From positions 3,082 to 67,081 of the forward strand of contig DIZX01000002.1 of the NCBI GenBank assembly GCA_002429485.1: DNA of 64,000 nucleotides. The letters run 5' to 3'. A program made the translations under genes and the position numbers. How positions within the stretch are numbered: position 1 is the stretch's first letter; every line of letters starts with the position of its first letter. The DNA is from Patescibacteria group bacterium UBA6017. GTDB lineage: Bacteria > Patescibacteriota > Saccharimonadia > UBA4664. Below the pieces are notes generated by a model. The model was given only the letters and a program-made list of their open reading frames with translations, made no database searches and was not told the origin of the DNA. Of this stretch, positions 9,414 to 18,575 are shown in pieces.

Positions 9414-9443
9414 AGTCTAGATCTGAGCCCATACACCTGTCAA
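9414..9443 (-). promoter_or_regulatory. Sigma70-type promoter
   Basis: TTGACA-18 nt-TAGACT on the minus strand. Confidence 0.6.
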
Positions 9444-9571
9444 CCGAGCTTTAGGCGGTATGAAGCTCTAAAAAACGGCGAAAAGAATGCCAATTTTTAG
9501 GAGATCTGCCAGGTATCACACGTTTCATATATGTCAAATCCGAGGCTGGAAATTGCTTGGCTTATTTTTTT

Positions 9572-10558
9572 CTAGAGGTGCTTCTTGATATTAAGCTGAT
9601 GTTCGGCATAAGTTTTGGCAAAATATGTTTTTCCGTCTTTGCCCGAGAGAAAAAACAGGTAGTCGGTGCCGGCAGGATGAGCTACCGCGTCCATGGCGCT
9701 AAGCCCTGGGCTACAGATTGGTCCCGGCGGCAAACCAACGACTCGGCGCGTATTGTAGGGCGAATTGAGATCGGTGTTAAATGGCACGCCCAGCAAGTCG
9801 GCCGCGTAATGAGTGGTCACATCGGAGCCAAGGGCCTGGCCGAGCTTTAGGCGCTTGAGGAAGATCTGAGCGACCACTGGACGGTCGGCGGCGTTACTAA
9901 CCTCGCGCTCAACGATAGAGGCCAGAGTGAGCCCCTGATGCAGGTTGAGGCCCTCGGCGGCAAAGGCCTGAGCGTACTCCGGGCCGACGCGCTTACCGAA
10001 ATTGTCGAGCATATCGCCGACGAGACTGGCGGCTGTGGTGCCGGAGCCGATCTGGTAGGTGTCGGGAAAGAGGTAGCCCTCCAGACTGACACCGGCGGGG
10101 TTGCCGGCGAGAAAGGTTTGCGTATGCTCGGAGGCCAGAGCGGCCGCAAAGGAGGCCTTGGAGATGCCAATGGTTGCGGCGGAAGCCTCGATTTGCGTCA
10201 GAGTGTAGCCTTCGGGCACCACTATTCGCCGGGAAAGCGTATGGCCCCCGACCAATAATTCCGCAATAGCATCCCCGGATAGCGTCGGCGAAATCGAATA
10301 CAGCCCGACCTTGAGGCGGGGTCGCAGCAAGTGAAAGTTAACGTATGTCACAAACGCATTTCGATCGCGCAACAGACCGGCATCCTTGAGCCTCTGGGCG
10401 ATATGTTGGGCGTTTTCACCTGTAGACACGGCGAAATCCCTGGCCTCACCAGTGGAGGCAACGGGGCGCAGACCGAGGCGATAGGTGATGTATATAGAGC
10501 CAATGATGATGATCGGGATTGCCAGCAATCCCGCTGTGGTGAGACGGCGTTTGGTCAT
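9572..10558 (-). CDS. mltG: Endolytic transglycosylase MltG
   Basis: N-terminal TM; VPEG, LEGYLFPDTY, LASIVERE, SPYNT...GLPPGPICSPG. Confidence 0.95.
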   Translation of the reverse strand: MTKRRLTTAGLLAIPIIIIGSIYITYRLGLRPVASTGEARDFAVSTGENAQHIAQRLKDAGLLRDRNAFVTYVNFHLLRPRLKVGLYSISPTLSGDAIAELLVGGHTLSRRIVVPEGYTLTQIEASAATIGISKASFAAALASEHTQTFLAGNPAGVSLEGYLFPDTYQIGSGTTAASLVGDMLDNFGKRVGPEYAQAFAAEGLNLHQGLTLASIVEREVSNAADRPVVAQIFLKRLKLGQALGSDVTTHYAADLLGVPFNTDLNSPYNTRRVVGLPPGPICSPGLSAMDAVAHPAGTDYLFFLSGKDGKTYFAKTYAEHQLNIKKHL

Positions 10559-10944
10559 ATGGAGTCTAAGTAATCCTGCAGAATTATGGCTGCGGCCTCA
10601 GCGTCAATCGCCTCTTTGGCATAAGATTTTCCGCTGGCTTTGAGGCGGTCTTCGGCCACCCCGGAAGTACCGGCCTCGTCTTGGTAGATCGGATCGATAT
10701 GGAGGCGACGCCACAGAATATCGTCGCTAAAACGGTGGACGGCAAGGGTCTGAGGAGTGTCCTGACCATCTAGGCCGCGCGGTAAGCCGACCACGACGGC
10801 TTCAAACGGTCCCTCACTCTCGATGGCGGCCACCAGCTCGTGCGGCGCCACCGTGCGCAGCGGCGAGGCTATCTTGACCGATGAATCGGCCGTTGCGAGG
10901 CCCACGCGCTTAGCGCCATAATCTATTCCTAAGTACTTGCCCAA
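10555..10944 (-). CDS. yqgF: YqgF/RuvX pre-16S rRNA nuclease
   Basis: LGIDYGAKRVGLA, VVGLP, DE, IDAEAAAIILQDYL; TTG start inferred. Confidence 0.93.
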   Translation of the reverse strand: MGKYLGIDYGAKRVGLATADSSVKIASPLRTVAPHELVAAIESEGPFEAVVVGLPRGLDGQDTPQTLAVHRFSDDILWRRLHIDPIYQDEAGTSGVAEDRLKASGKSYAKEAIDAEAAAIILQDYLDSI

Positions 10945-10963
10945 AACATGCCTACCTGAGTGA

Positions 10964-12661
10964 TTATTTATTACCTGCGACTTGAATTGTAATAGATATT
11001 TTATCAGGTCTTGACGGCAACTTGGAGACCCAACCGGGCCAAATCGAAATATCGGCGCGTGTAACCCCCGGCAATCCGGAGGCGATGGTACTGGCGTCGC
11101 CGTAACGCTGACCCTTGAGCTTGCCGGCAATATCGGCTTTATCGAGCCTGGTGCCGCCGAAAGCCTCGGTAGTGAGATGGAAGCTCTGTCGGCCGGTAGA
11201 ATCTTTGTCGGTAGCGGTCACCTGAGCCGCGCCCAGGCCGTCCTCGTAGATCTGATTTTTATCACCGACCTGCTTTTGCTCCTGAGAGTGGAGCAGCGCC
11301 TCATATTCTGACTGCTTGACGGCCAACACGGTGTAGGTGACTTTCATCGCTAGACTGGCGGTGTCTCCTTCGGCGCCGACGGCCGGTGACGGGGCGATGC
11401 TATCGACGGAGGAGGTTTGCGATGCGGGTAGCGCTATGAATCCGCTCGGCACTCGAGCCTGAAGATCGCGCGTGGAGTTATCCTTGTCTTTGTCGAGCAA
11501 AGCAGCCTTCTCGGTATCAACGTCGGACTGGGCTACGATCGTGGCCGTCCTGGTAGTACCGCCGGACATCTGGGCGCCTTGGCCGTAAATGTTTGCCTGC
11601 ATGGCGCCGCTGTAACCAGGGATGGTATACGTCGCTGGTGCTTCATTATAACTATCACCGGCCTGGTCGGCTTCAACGGGAATTGGATCGGATTTACCGG
11701 GTGTTGGAGTGAACGGGAAGACAGGGGCTAGCGTAACTCCCGGGACGGAGCTATCAGCTTTGCTTCGGAATATCTTGCCATCCGGTGCCTGGAATCTGGT
11801 TCCGGCTACTAGCGCGTGGGAGCTAGTGTCGTATTTATTGTAGACGGTAATCGTCCCGCTAGCCTTCGTACCAACGTCCTTCTTTCCGGTGGGCGTGAAC
11901 GGACCATTAAGATCCTTGCTGATAGTCACCAGCTGGCCGGCTAGGACGGCCTTGGCCTGGTCAGTGGTCTTGAGGGTTGGATCAACGGCGAAGGTAGTGT
12001 CTACCTCCACCTTGGTGCCGGTAGCGTAGAGCGTCACCTTTGCGCCGGTAAACAGATACATGAGGCCAAGATAGGAGACGATCAGGAAGGCGGCGAGCCC
12101 TACCCACATCACGCGCTTTTGCAGGCGCCCAAAATTGGGAACTTTGGGTCCACCCTTTTTGGCGGCATCGGTCGCCGCGGCGGCGGAGGCACCCGCTACG
12201 CCGGCTGCAGACTCATCTGAAGGCCCGGGGATGTCGGAGGGCGGCGGACCGTCGCTGATAGGCATTCGTTTCATTATGGGCTTTTTGAACATCTTCGACT
12301 TTGACTCTGCTGGTATCGGCGGAGGTTCGGGATCATCGGCTTCGATGACTTCTTCATTGGTCAGGAGTGCTTCGGGAATTTTGACGTCGGCAATAACGGG
12401 CTTGGCACCAATCGAGGGGGCCACGGCCAAGCCAACGCGCGCAGCGAGCTCGGTGGCGATGCGGTCGCCCGTCACCAAAACAAGCTCTTTGCCACCCTGT
12501 TCGGCGGCCTTTTTGAGCAATTTCAGGTTGATAATGCTTTGGAGCATCGTGGACCGCTTGGGCACCACGATCTGGACCGAGCCCGCAGCGGACTTGCTCA
12601 GCTTATCAATAGCCGACGTTATATCTTCATCGACCTCAAGGTAGAGGGCGTTGTCTTTCAT
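10964..12661 (-). CDS. Bitopic membrane protein with baseplate-J-like extracytoplasmic domain (CPR-type)
   Basis: LYLEVDEDITSAIDKL...VVPKRS..QS.INLKLL N-domain, Pro-rich linker, one TM, KASGTITVYN...LVAGTRF...VEADQAGDSYN. Confidence 0.7.
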   Translation of the reverse strand: MKDNALYLEVDEDITSAIDKLSKSAAGSVQIVVPKRSTMLQSIINLKLLKKAAEQGGKELVLVTGDRIATELAARVGLAVAPSIGAKPVIADVKIPEALLTNEEVIEADDPEPPPIPAESKSKMFKKPIMKRMPISDGPPPSDIPGPSDESAAGVAGASAAAATDAAKKGGPKVPNFGRLQKRVMWVGLAAFLIVSYLGLMYLFTGAKVTLYATGTKVEVDTTFAVDPTLKTTDQAKAVLAGQLVTISKDLNGPFTPTGKKDVGTKASGTITVYNKYDTSSHALVAGTRFQAPDGKIFRSKADSSVPGVTLAPVFPFTPTPGKSDPIPVEADQAGDSYNEAPATYTIPGYSGAMQANIYGQGAQMSGGTTRTATIVAQSDVDTEKAALLDKDKDNSTRDLQARVPSGFIALPASQTSSVDSIAPSPAVGAEGDTASLAMKVTYTVLAVKQSEYEALLHSQEQKQVGDKNQIYEDGLGAAQVTATDKDSTGRQSFHLTTEAFGGTRLDKADIAGKLKGQRYGDASTIASGLPGVTRADISIWPGWVSKLPSRPDKISITIQVAGNK

Positions 12662-12713
12662 GAACTAAGACTACCATAATTGTTACGGTTGCGTTATGGT
12701 AATAAGCTTTATC

Positions 12714-12742
12714 TTGACTTTTCGCATACTAGTTGTTATAAT
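12714..12742 (+). promoter_or_regulatory. Near-consensus sigma70 promoter
   Basis: TTGACT-17 nt-TATAAT. Confidence 0.75.
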
Positions 12743-12809
12743 GTATTTGAGCATTTACGCTTGCAGCCTCCAAATAGCGCACCTGTGCGCCCGTCCCGAA
12801 AGGCCCGTC

Positions 12810-13484
12810 ATGAACAAACCTACTGTCGCCGTTGACTGGGAAGTGGACACGACTCCTCCTAAGACCACCGAAGAGATAGAGGGCCCAGTCTCCAAAGCAC
12901 TTACCTCGCTGGTTGCGGGCGCGATTCTTATCGGGGTCGTTTATGTGATCATAGTGGTCCTGTTTAGTCTGGCTAAGACTAGCACCCATCCGGCCGTGAA
13001 GACGCCTGTGCGGATGTCTACCTATCTCGCTGCTATCGGCTTCAATGCCGATGCACCAACAGTGAGCATAGGCAGTCCGGTACTCGTTCCGGCAGGTGAA
13101 GTCACCGGCAGCTCGGGTTCGGTGCTTGGCACCGGGAGCGGTTCCGTTCAGGGAACGTTCAAGCCAGGGCTGTATTACCCGGTGAAGATCACGATCGGCA
13201 CCAAGACGACCACGATCGTCCTCAATGGGGATCGCCAACTGGTAGCTGACAGCTCTGTCGCGCGGCCATCTCTGCAGTTCAAGACTGACCCGGCACTAAC
13301 CCAGGCCAATACGACGACATACAACTGCTGGAGCTGGAACCTGCTCAGTGAGTGCACGACGACGAAGCGCCCAGCGCTAGTTCAGTCAAAACTCGCAGAG
13401 TTGCGAAATGGGGCGGCGGCACAGCTGATCGAAGAGAACATCGGTACGCTCACCCTTCCGCCCGGAATGATGCCCAAGAACTAG
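12810..13484 (+). CDS. Hypothetical single-TM protein
   Basis: GAAAGG SD before ATG 12810; TM followed by Thr/Ser/Gly-rich domain with two Cys. Confidence 0.7.
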   Translation: MNKPTVAVDWEVDTTPPKTTEEIEGPVSKALTSLVAGAILIGVVYVIIVVLFSLAKTSTHPAVKTPVRMSTYLAAIGFNADAPTVSIGSPVLVPAGEVTGSSGSVLGTGSGSVQGTFKPGLYYPVKITIGTKTTTIVLNGDRQLVADSSVARPSLQFKTDPALTQANTTTYNCWSWNLLSECTTTKRPALVQSKLAELRNGAAAQLIEENIGTLTLPPGMMPKN

Positions 13485-13549
13485 CCAACGGCGGTTCGGA
13501 CACGACACTCAAAATGCCTCAAGGCATGAGACAGAAGGGAGGTCACCAG

Positions 13550-13801
13550 ATGGAGCCCATGAAGCCCGAAGATCAATGGCTTAACGGCTTCACAACTTCG
13601 AAACGGCACTCCGAGTACCTGAGAGGGGTGAAAAGCGACAAGGCAGCGCGCAAAGCAGCACGGCTTAGCTTCCTCCGCGTTACCCAGCTCATGTCCCGGA
13701 TCACATCCCGGAAGGCCACTCGGAAACTCCGGCTGGTAGAGGACGGCAAGCCCCACAACCAGAGGCTGCTCGAAGAGCTTCCGACTCAGGATGACGTGTA
13801 G
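13550..13801 (+). CDS. Small basic hypothetical protein
   Basis: GGAGG SD 13538-13542; followed by a hairpin. Confidence 0.5.
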   Translation: MEPMKPEDQWLNGFTTSKRHSEYLRGVKSDKAARKAARLSFLRVTQLMSRITSRKATRKLRLVEDGKPHNQRLLEELPTQDDV

Positions 13802-13813
13802 TTCTGATCGGCG

Positions 13814-13895
13814 GTGATAGTGGGGTTGTTTCGGCAGCCCCACTATCACATACCTATTTATTTCTCGCGGTTACTATCTGGTAGCTGCGATTTTT
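13814..13895 (+). terminator. Tandem hairpins/terminator
   Basis: GTGATAGTGGGG..TTCG..CCCCACTATCAC (13814-13849), then TCGCGGTTAC/GTAGCTGCGA + T run. Confidence 0.65.
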
Positions 13896-13977
13896 GCTGT
13901 TAATGGGCCTAAACGACTTCCATAATTGTTATGGTTAAGTTATAGTATTGCCAATAATACATGTGAGCGGATTAACT

Positions 13978-14256
13978 ATGGCTAAGGCTAAAAAGGTAAA
14001 GAAATATAAGGCGCTACTTCACGTAGACCGCCTGTTGATGGTCACCGGGCTTGCGGCGGCTACAAGCTACATCGTACGAGGTACGTGGGTAGCGATGATG
14101 TTCGAGGCAGTAGCGATTGTGCTGGGAATACTCTGGGCAGCGCGAGCCGTGATGACCAACCCCGCGCGGGAATTTCGACTTCTGGCAACCCTGATCCTGG
14201 TACTCCTCACCTGCCTGCTGGCGGTGTATCTGGGTATCGCCGACGGGCTGCTCTAG
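13978..14256 (+). CDS. Small 3-TM hypothetical protein
   Basis: Lys-rich N-terminus, three hydrophobic helices; terminator follows. Confidence 0.65.
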   Translation: MAKAKKVKKYKALLHVDRLLMVTGLAAATSYIVRGTWVAMMFEAVAIVLGILWAARAVMTNPAREFRLLATLILVLLTCLLAVYLGIADGLL

Positions 14257-14275
14257 ACCTCCGCAACTAGATCGT

Positions 14276-14308
14276 AAAAATAGCCGCCGTTTGGCGGCTA
14301 TTTTTTTT
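14276..14308. terminator. Bidirectional intrinsic terminator
   Basis: AAAAATAGCCGCC-GTTT-GGCGGCTATTTTTTTT. Confidence 0.9.
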
Positions 14309-14322
14309 GGAGAAATATTCTA

Positions 14323-15615
14323 CTATGCCGAAATGGCGCGGGCGAGTTTGCGAACCAGTGTGTCGGTGGTGGTTTCGCCGCCGGCCTGATCGAGACCGAG
14401 GTTGGCCAGACCCATAGGAGTAATGTCGGCATAGCTGGTGAGCTTGCCGGTTTTGTCGAACACGCGATTAACTTCGCCCGGACTGATGTGATTGACGATG
14501 GGTTTGCGCGCAAAGGGAAGGTTCTTGTACCAATCTTTGCCTTTGAGGGCTTCGGCGATCTGGGGCAGGCCGGTGCCGCCGCCGCAGAGGAGGATTTTGG
14601 CGGGGAGGTGCTCGACACGTTCAAACTCGGCGAGGCTGATTTCCACACCCGAAAGCCACACCTGGATGTCGGCGTTCACGGCTTCTTCGACGAGCTTGGC
14701 GGCGCGGGCGGCCAGTTTGCCGGCGGAGTAAGCTATTTTCATTTCTTCGGCTTTTTCGAAGCTGCAATTGGCGACCTGGGCGATGCGCTTGGTGAAGCTG
14801 CGGCCGCCGATGGCGAACATTTTGGTGCCTTCGACGCCACCGTTGTTGACGAGGGCGATGTCGGTGGTGCCGCCGCCAATGTCGATGAAGATGGCGCTAA
14901 ATTCGCCGGAATCCTGGCCGCCGACGGATTTTGCGACGGCGAAGGGCTCGGCGGCGATGTTGACGAGGTTGAGATCGAGGTCCTGGGCTACGGATTGGAG
15001 CGCACCCAGGTGGACCATGGGGGCGAAGGCGTTGAAGAGCTGAATGCTTACGTCGCGGCCCTGGAAGCCAATGGGGTTGGTCACGCGATAGCCGTCGATC
15101 TGGACGTCGACAATGGCGGTATTGACGAGCTTCACTTCGAGCTCCTTGTAGCCGGTTTCCCAAGTGAGCTGCTCGCGGGCGCGCTCAAAGGCCCGGTACT
15201 GCACACGGTCGAGGATTTTGCGCAGCTCGGTCATGTCGATGGGGTCGGACGGCACAGCACGCTTGTATCTCACGACCGTAGAGGCGCCCTTCACGAGTTC
15301 ACCGGCGATACCGATGACGACGTCTTTGGCCACCACGCCGGCCATTTTTTCGGCCATTTTGAGGGCGGCGTCGCAGTTTTCGACCACGCCGGTGATATCG
15401 GTGACGGCTCCGGACTGCATGTCGGTGAGGCGCTGGCGTTGGCGGCCGACACCGATAATATCCACGTGCGAGGGAGCGCCGGAAGCAGGGTCTAGAACCA
15501 CTTGGCCGATCAAGGCCTTCACGAATTCAGTGCCAATATCGAGCGCCAGCAGATAACGGGGACCCGTGTTTCGGCTGCGGAGTCTGACGAATTTTTCGAG
15601 TAATCTAGAGGACAT
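14323..15615 (-). CDS. FtsA-like actin-fold ATPase (no adjacent ftsZ)
   Basis: LALDIGTEFVK, AEPFA, IDIGGGTTDI, IGGRSFT, LCGGG; C-terminal amphipathic helix. Confidence 0.85.
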   Translation of the reverse strand: MSSRLLEKFVRLRSRNTGPRYLLALDIGTEFVKALIGQVVLDPASGAPSHVDIIGVGRQRQRLTDMQSGAVTDITGVVENCDAALKMAEKMAGVVAKDVVIGIAGELVKGASTVVRYKRAVPSDPIDMTELRKILDRVQYRAFERAREQLTWETGYKELEVKLVNTAIVDVQIDGYRVTNPIGFQGRDVSIQLFNAFAPMVHLGALQSVAQDLDLNLVNIAAEPFAVAKSVGGQDSGEFSAIFIDIGGGTTDIALVNNGGVEGTKMFAIGGRSFTKRIAQVANCSFEKAEEMKIAYSAGKLAARAAKLVEEAVNADIQVWLSGVEISLAEFERVEHLPAKILLCGGGTGLPQIAEALKGKDWYKNLPFARKPIVNHISPGEVNRVFDKTGKLTSYADITPMGLANLGLDQAGGETTTDTLVRKLARAISA

Positions 15616-15684
15616 GCTTGACCCTTATAGACTAGATTGTAGCGCTTATGCTCGCTGGAACCAAGCGAGAATTCGCTTCGGGCT

Positions 15685-15975
15685 TTAGCGCTTCGGGGCG
15701 GGTGTTGGGGTGGCGACTACTTTGGGTGACACGGTGGGGCTAGGAGTCGGAGTGGTCACCGGAGTAGGCGTGGGCGTCGGGGTGGCGGCCAACTGAGCCT
15801 TGGCCTGTTCAACCTGGCGACGGAGACTGTCGTTATTGCCGCCTACCTCAACGTTCTTTTGCTCAAGATCATTTACGTGATTAACCAACATGTACCCGCC
15901 GACTCCGACGCCAATAACGAGTCCCGCAATGACGGCCCACAATAACATAATTAGTTTCCGGCTTGAATCTTTCAT
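15685..15975 (-). CDS. Small TM + coiled-coil + Pro/Thr-rich protein
   Basis: N-terminal TM, heptad region, TPTPTPTP tail. Confidence 0.75.
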   Translation of the reverse strand: MKDSSRKLIMLLWAVIAGLVIGVGVGGYMLVNHVNDLEQKNVEVGGNNDSLRRQVEQAKAQLAATPTPTPTPVTTPTPSPTVSPKVVATPTPAPKR

Positions 15976-15999
15976 ATGGCTTTGAATCCTAACTGATTA

Positions 16000-16599
16000 T
16001 TAGTTGGTAAGAGTGGGGAGGGCTGCATTTTTCAGGGCCGCCCTGGCAGCGGCAAGCTCGTCACTGCCGGCCTGATCGTCGGCGCAATTCCAGTAGGACG
16101 GCCTGTATGAGTAAGTATAACCGTTAATCGTCTTCGTGAAGGGCAGGTTGGTTGGGGATTTGGTCGGGAATGGTGTCGCCGTGGCTTCGGCTCCTTGAAA
16201 GGGGCTCGGAGTCGCAGTCGGCTTGGGCGTTGGTGTCGCTTTGGCCTTTGTTCGCGTGAGCGTCCCAAGTGCTCCGGCTTTACAGTTCGGGTATTTGGCA
16301 AACAATTTCTTCGTCGTGAAGCCGGCCCAGGTATTGTCGCCGTCTTTGATCTCACCATAGACTAGGTCCTCGATAGGATCATTCACCGTCATTCTGACGC
16401 CATATAGCAATATCTTTATACTGGCGATGCCGGCAACAACGGGTTTAACCGGCGCTGGGGTGGAAACGGTGGGCGTGGGCACGATAGGCGTGGGTATCGG
16501 GGGTGCATCTGCCCGCATGCGAGGCAGGGTGAAGGTCAACCACACGCATACTGCCAACCCGATAAGGACACCAAGGAAAATTTGCTTGCCGAATCGCAT
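16000..16599 (-). CDS. Membrane-anchored Pro/Thr-rich hypothetical protein
   Basis: Signal/TM, PT-rich linkers, pair of Cys. Confidence 0.75.
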   Translation of the reverse strand: MRFGKQIFLGVLIGLAVCVWLTFTLPRMRADAPPIPTPIVPTPTVSTPAPVKPVVAGIASIKILLYGVRMTVNDPIEDLVYGEIKDGDNTWAGFTTKKLFAKYPNCKAGALGTLTRTKAKATPTPKPTATPSPFQGAEATATPFPTKSPTNLPFTKTINGYTYSYRPSYWNCADDQAGSDELAAARAALKNAALPTLTN

Positions 16600-16604
16600 C
16601 AGAC

Positions 16605-17087
16605 CTACTGTAGATACGAGGCCAGGATATAGCCCGCGGTCCCGTTAATCGTGACATGTGCATAGCCGCCACTTAAGCTTTCGTCAACGTATGTAACGGG
16701 CGTGTTAGCAGCAACATGCGCTATAAGAATGACCGATGACGATTTGGAGTTTGGTTGCGATCGGAAATTTGGCTGCAAGGAGGATTTTTTAACAATCGTG
16801 GCTTTGGCGGTGCTGGCGCCAAGTACCGGTGTGGGGCTGGGAGTGGGGGTTGGGCTAGAATCGGGGGTAGCGAGGGGCGTGGGGGTGGGACTAGCCGAGC
16901 TAGCCGAAGCCAGACTGTCCTGTTTCACCTGGTAGCGTAAATCAGTGATCTGCCCCTGCATTAATTTGCGGTCCTGTTCAGCGGTTTTGTTTTGGTTGTA
17001 ATTGAGGTACATCGACGCAGCCAGTCCGATGCCAAAAACGGCGGCAATTACTACCGGCAGATTGATAGATCCACGCTGGTTCATCAC
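16605..17087 (-). CDS. Pilin-like N-terminus, coiled coil, PT linker, SH3b-like C-terminal domain
   Basis: MNQRG|SINL + hydrophobic helix; NFRSQP...GYAHVTINGTAGYI resembles bacterial SH3; AGGAG SD. Confidence 0.65.
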   Translation of the reverse strand: MMNQRGSINLPVVIAAVFGIGLAASMYLNYNQNKTAEQDRKLMQGQITDLRYQVKQDSLASASSASPTPTPLATPDSSPTPTPSPTPVLGASTAKATIVKKSSLQPNFRSQPNSKSSSVILIAHVAANTPVTYVDESLSGGYAHVTINGTAGYILASYLQ

Positions 17088-17574
17088 AAGTCACTCCTAA
17101 TATTCTTCCGAGAGCTAGTATACCAAACTTAAGCTTGATACGTGGAGTGTTTTTAGATTAAAATCGTTGCATCAAACTTATGCTTACATATATTACATTG
17201 CTTATTTACCTAAAATGTGGTTTAATGCTTAAGTTCATATTCGGTTGGGGATGTGAACGAAATAAATAGTTTTGGGGCCTCACCTTGAGGCTGCGGAATT
17301 GAGAGTCTGATGACTGTTTGAGAGTGTTTACACCTCCAACCAGCCCAATCCCCCTCTCCAATCCGCATCGCAAAAGTGAACGGAAACATTTCGGCCTAGC
17401 TACTTCGGCGGCAGCCACAATGCATGTTCACGGCGATAACCTATCAAAAAACTATACTTGTTTTTGCACCGTCGAACTGTATTCGCGTGAGTTCCCTGAA
17501 CTCCGCCGCCGCCCAAATGGCAGGCCGTTCCGGTCAAAAACTCAAAATCACATAAAAAGGGTGGTCGCGTTCGC

Positions 17575-18480
17575 GTGACTACTTTCCCCACCAAATGGAC
17601 ACGGGTCCCGCTTCCTCCTCGGAAGCGGGACCTCTCCCTTTTTAATAACCTTTGGCGTTTTCTTGACATACCGCTGCATATCTGGGATTATCCACACGAC
17701 CCCCGTTCTTTGACCCGACCGCCGAGGAGAATCATGACCGATTTTGTGCGAACCAAAGTTGACGAAAACCTTCGGCCGAAGCGGCCGAAGTTCCGCCTTT
17801 CCGGTGCAGTTGGATGGCTATTGTTCCCAGGAATTGACGCCGTGCTCGGCCCAACCCAGCGAGCAGACGGCAGCTTCCCCCTGCAGGTGCGGAGGCTGGC
17901 CAACGAGATCACGATCTTTCGAGGCGTGCTGATGCACCTAATGGCCGCCCTGTTTGCCTGGGCAGCCATTTGTCGCCAGACGGTATTCATGGTGATCATA
18001 TTGACCGTAGTCGCGGTGTTGTTCCTACTGGACGGGCTTGACGGAGAAGTTGCCCGCTACACGAAGGCTCAATCCCAATGGGGAGCGAGGTGGGATCCGA
18101 TATTCGACAAACTTGCCGGAATATCTCTGATGTTCTGGTGGCTCGTTTTGATCTACCACTTCGATCGCGGTCAGTTTGCCGTCTCGCTGTGGCTGGTGAT
18201 CGTACGAGCGTTTTTCGATCTGATTCTGGCAGTCATTGCCGAGATGGAGGATCGTCGCGATTTGAAACCCAAGGCTGGCCCCTGGGGCAAGATCAAGGCA
18301 ACGTTCGACGACTTTTCAATGCTTGCAGGCTATGCAGGTATAATCATCTATTCCTCGGGAGGTTCGGGGCATGATGCTATTTCGACTGGCCAGTGGCTAC
18401 TGCTTGCAGCCTGCACATTCGCTCCTCTGAGCATTTGGGAGCACTTGCGCAGTCTCTGGCGTCGGCGCCGCACTGCCTGA
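17575..18480 (+). CDS. CDP-alcohol phosphatidyltransferase family
   Basis: DGLDGEVAR...GARWDPIFDK signature; multiple TM; start uncertain. Confidence 0.88.
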   Translation: MTTFPTKWTRVPLPPRKRDLSLFNNLWRFLDIPLHIWDYPHDPRSLTRPPRRIMTDFVRTKVDENLRPKRPKFRLSGAVGWLLFPGIDAVLGPTQRADGSFPLQVRRLANEITIFRGVLMHLMAALFAWAAICRQTVFMVIILTVVAVLFLLDGLDGEVARYTKAQSQWGARWDPIFDKLAGISLMFWWLVLIYHFDRGQFAVSLWLVIVRAFFDLILAVIAEMEDRRDLKPKAGPWGKIKATFDDFSMLAGYAGIIIYSSGGSGHDAISTGQWLLLAACTFAPLSIWEHLRSLWRRRRTA

Positions 18481-18502
18481 AAATGGCAGGTACGGGGTCA
18501 AA

Positions 18503-18542
18503 GTGAATTGCCCGGTCCAGATAGTTGAACCGGGCAATTCAC
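18503..18542. terminator. Hairpin between convergent genes
   Basis: GTGAATTGCCCGGT/ACCGGGCAATTCAC 14-bp stem. Confidence 0.7.
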
Positions 18543-18575
18543 AAACCTAATTTTGAAACTATATGACGCTTACGA

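Noticed and set aside
14488-15495. Long antisense ORFs (e.g. 335 aa opposite ftsA-like, 260 aa opposite mgtA, 250 aa opposite rsmA/marP)
   Set aside because: Shadow frames of GC-rich genes with no motifs
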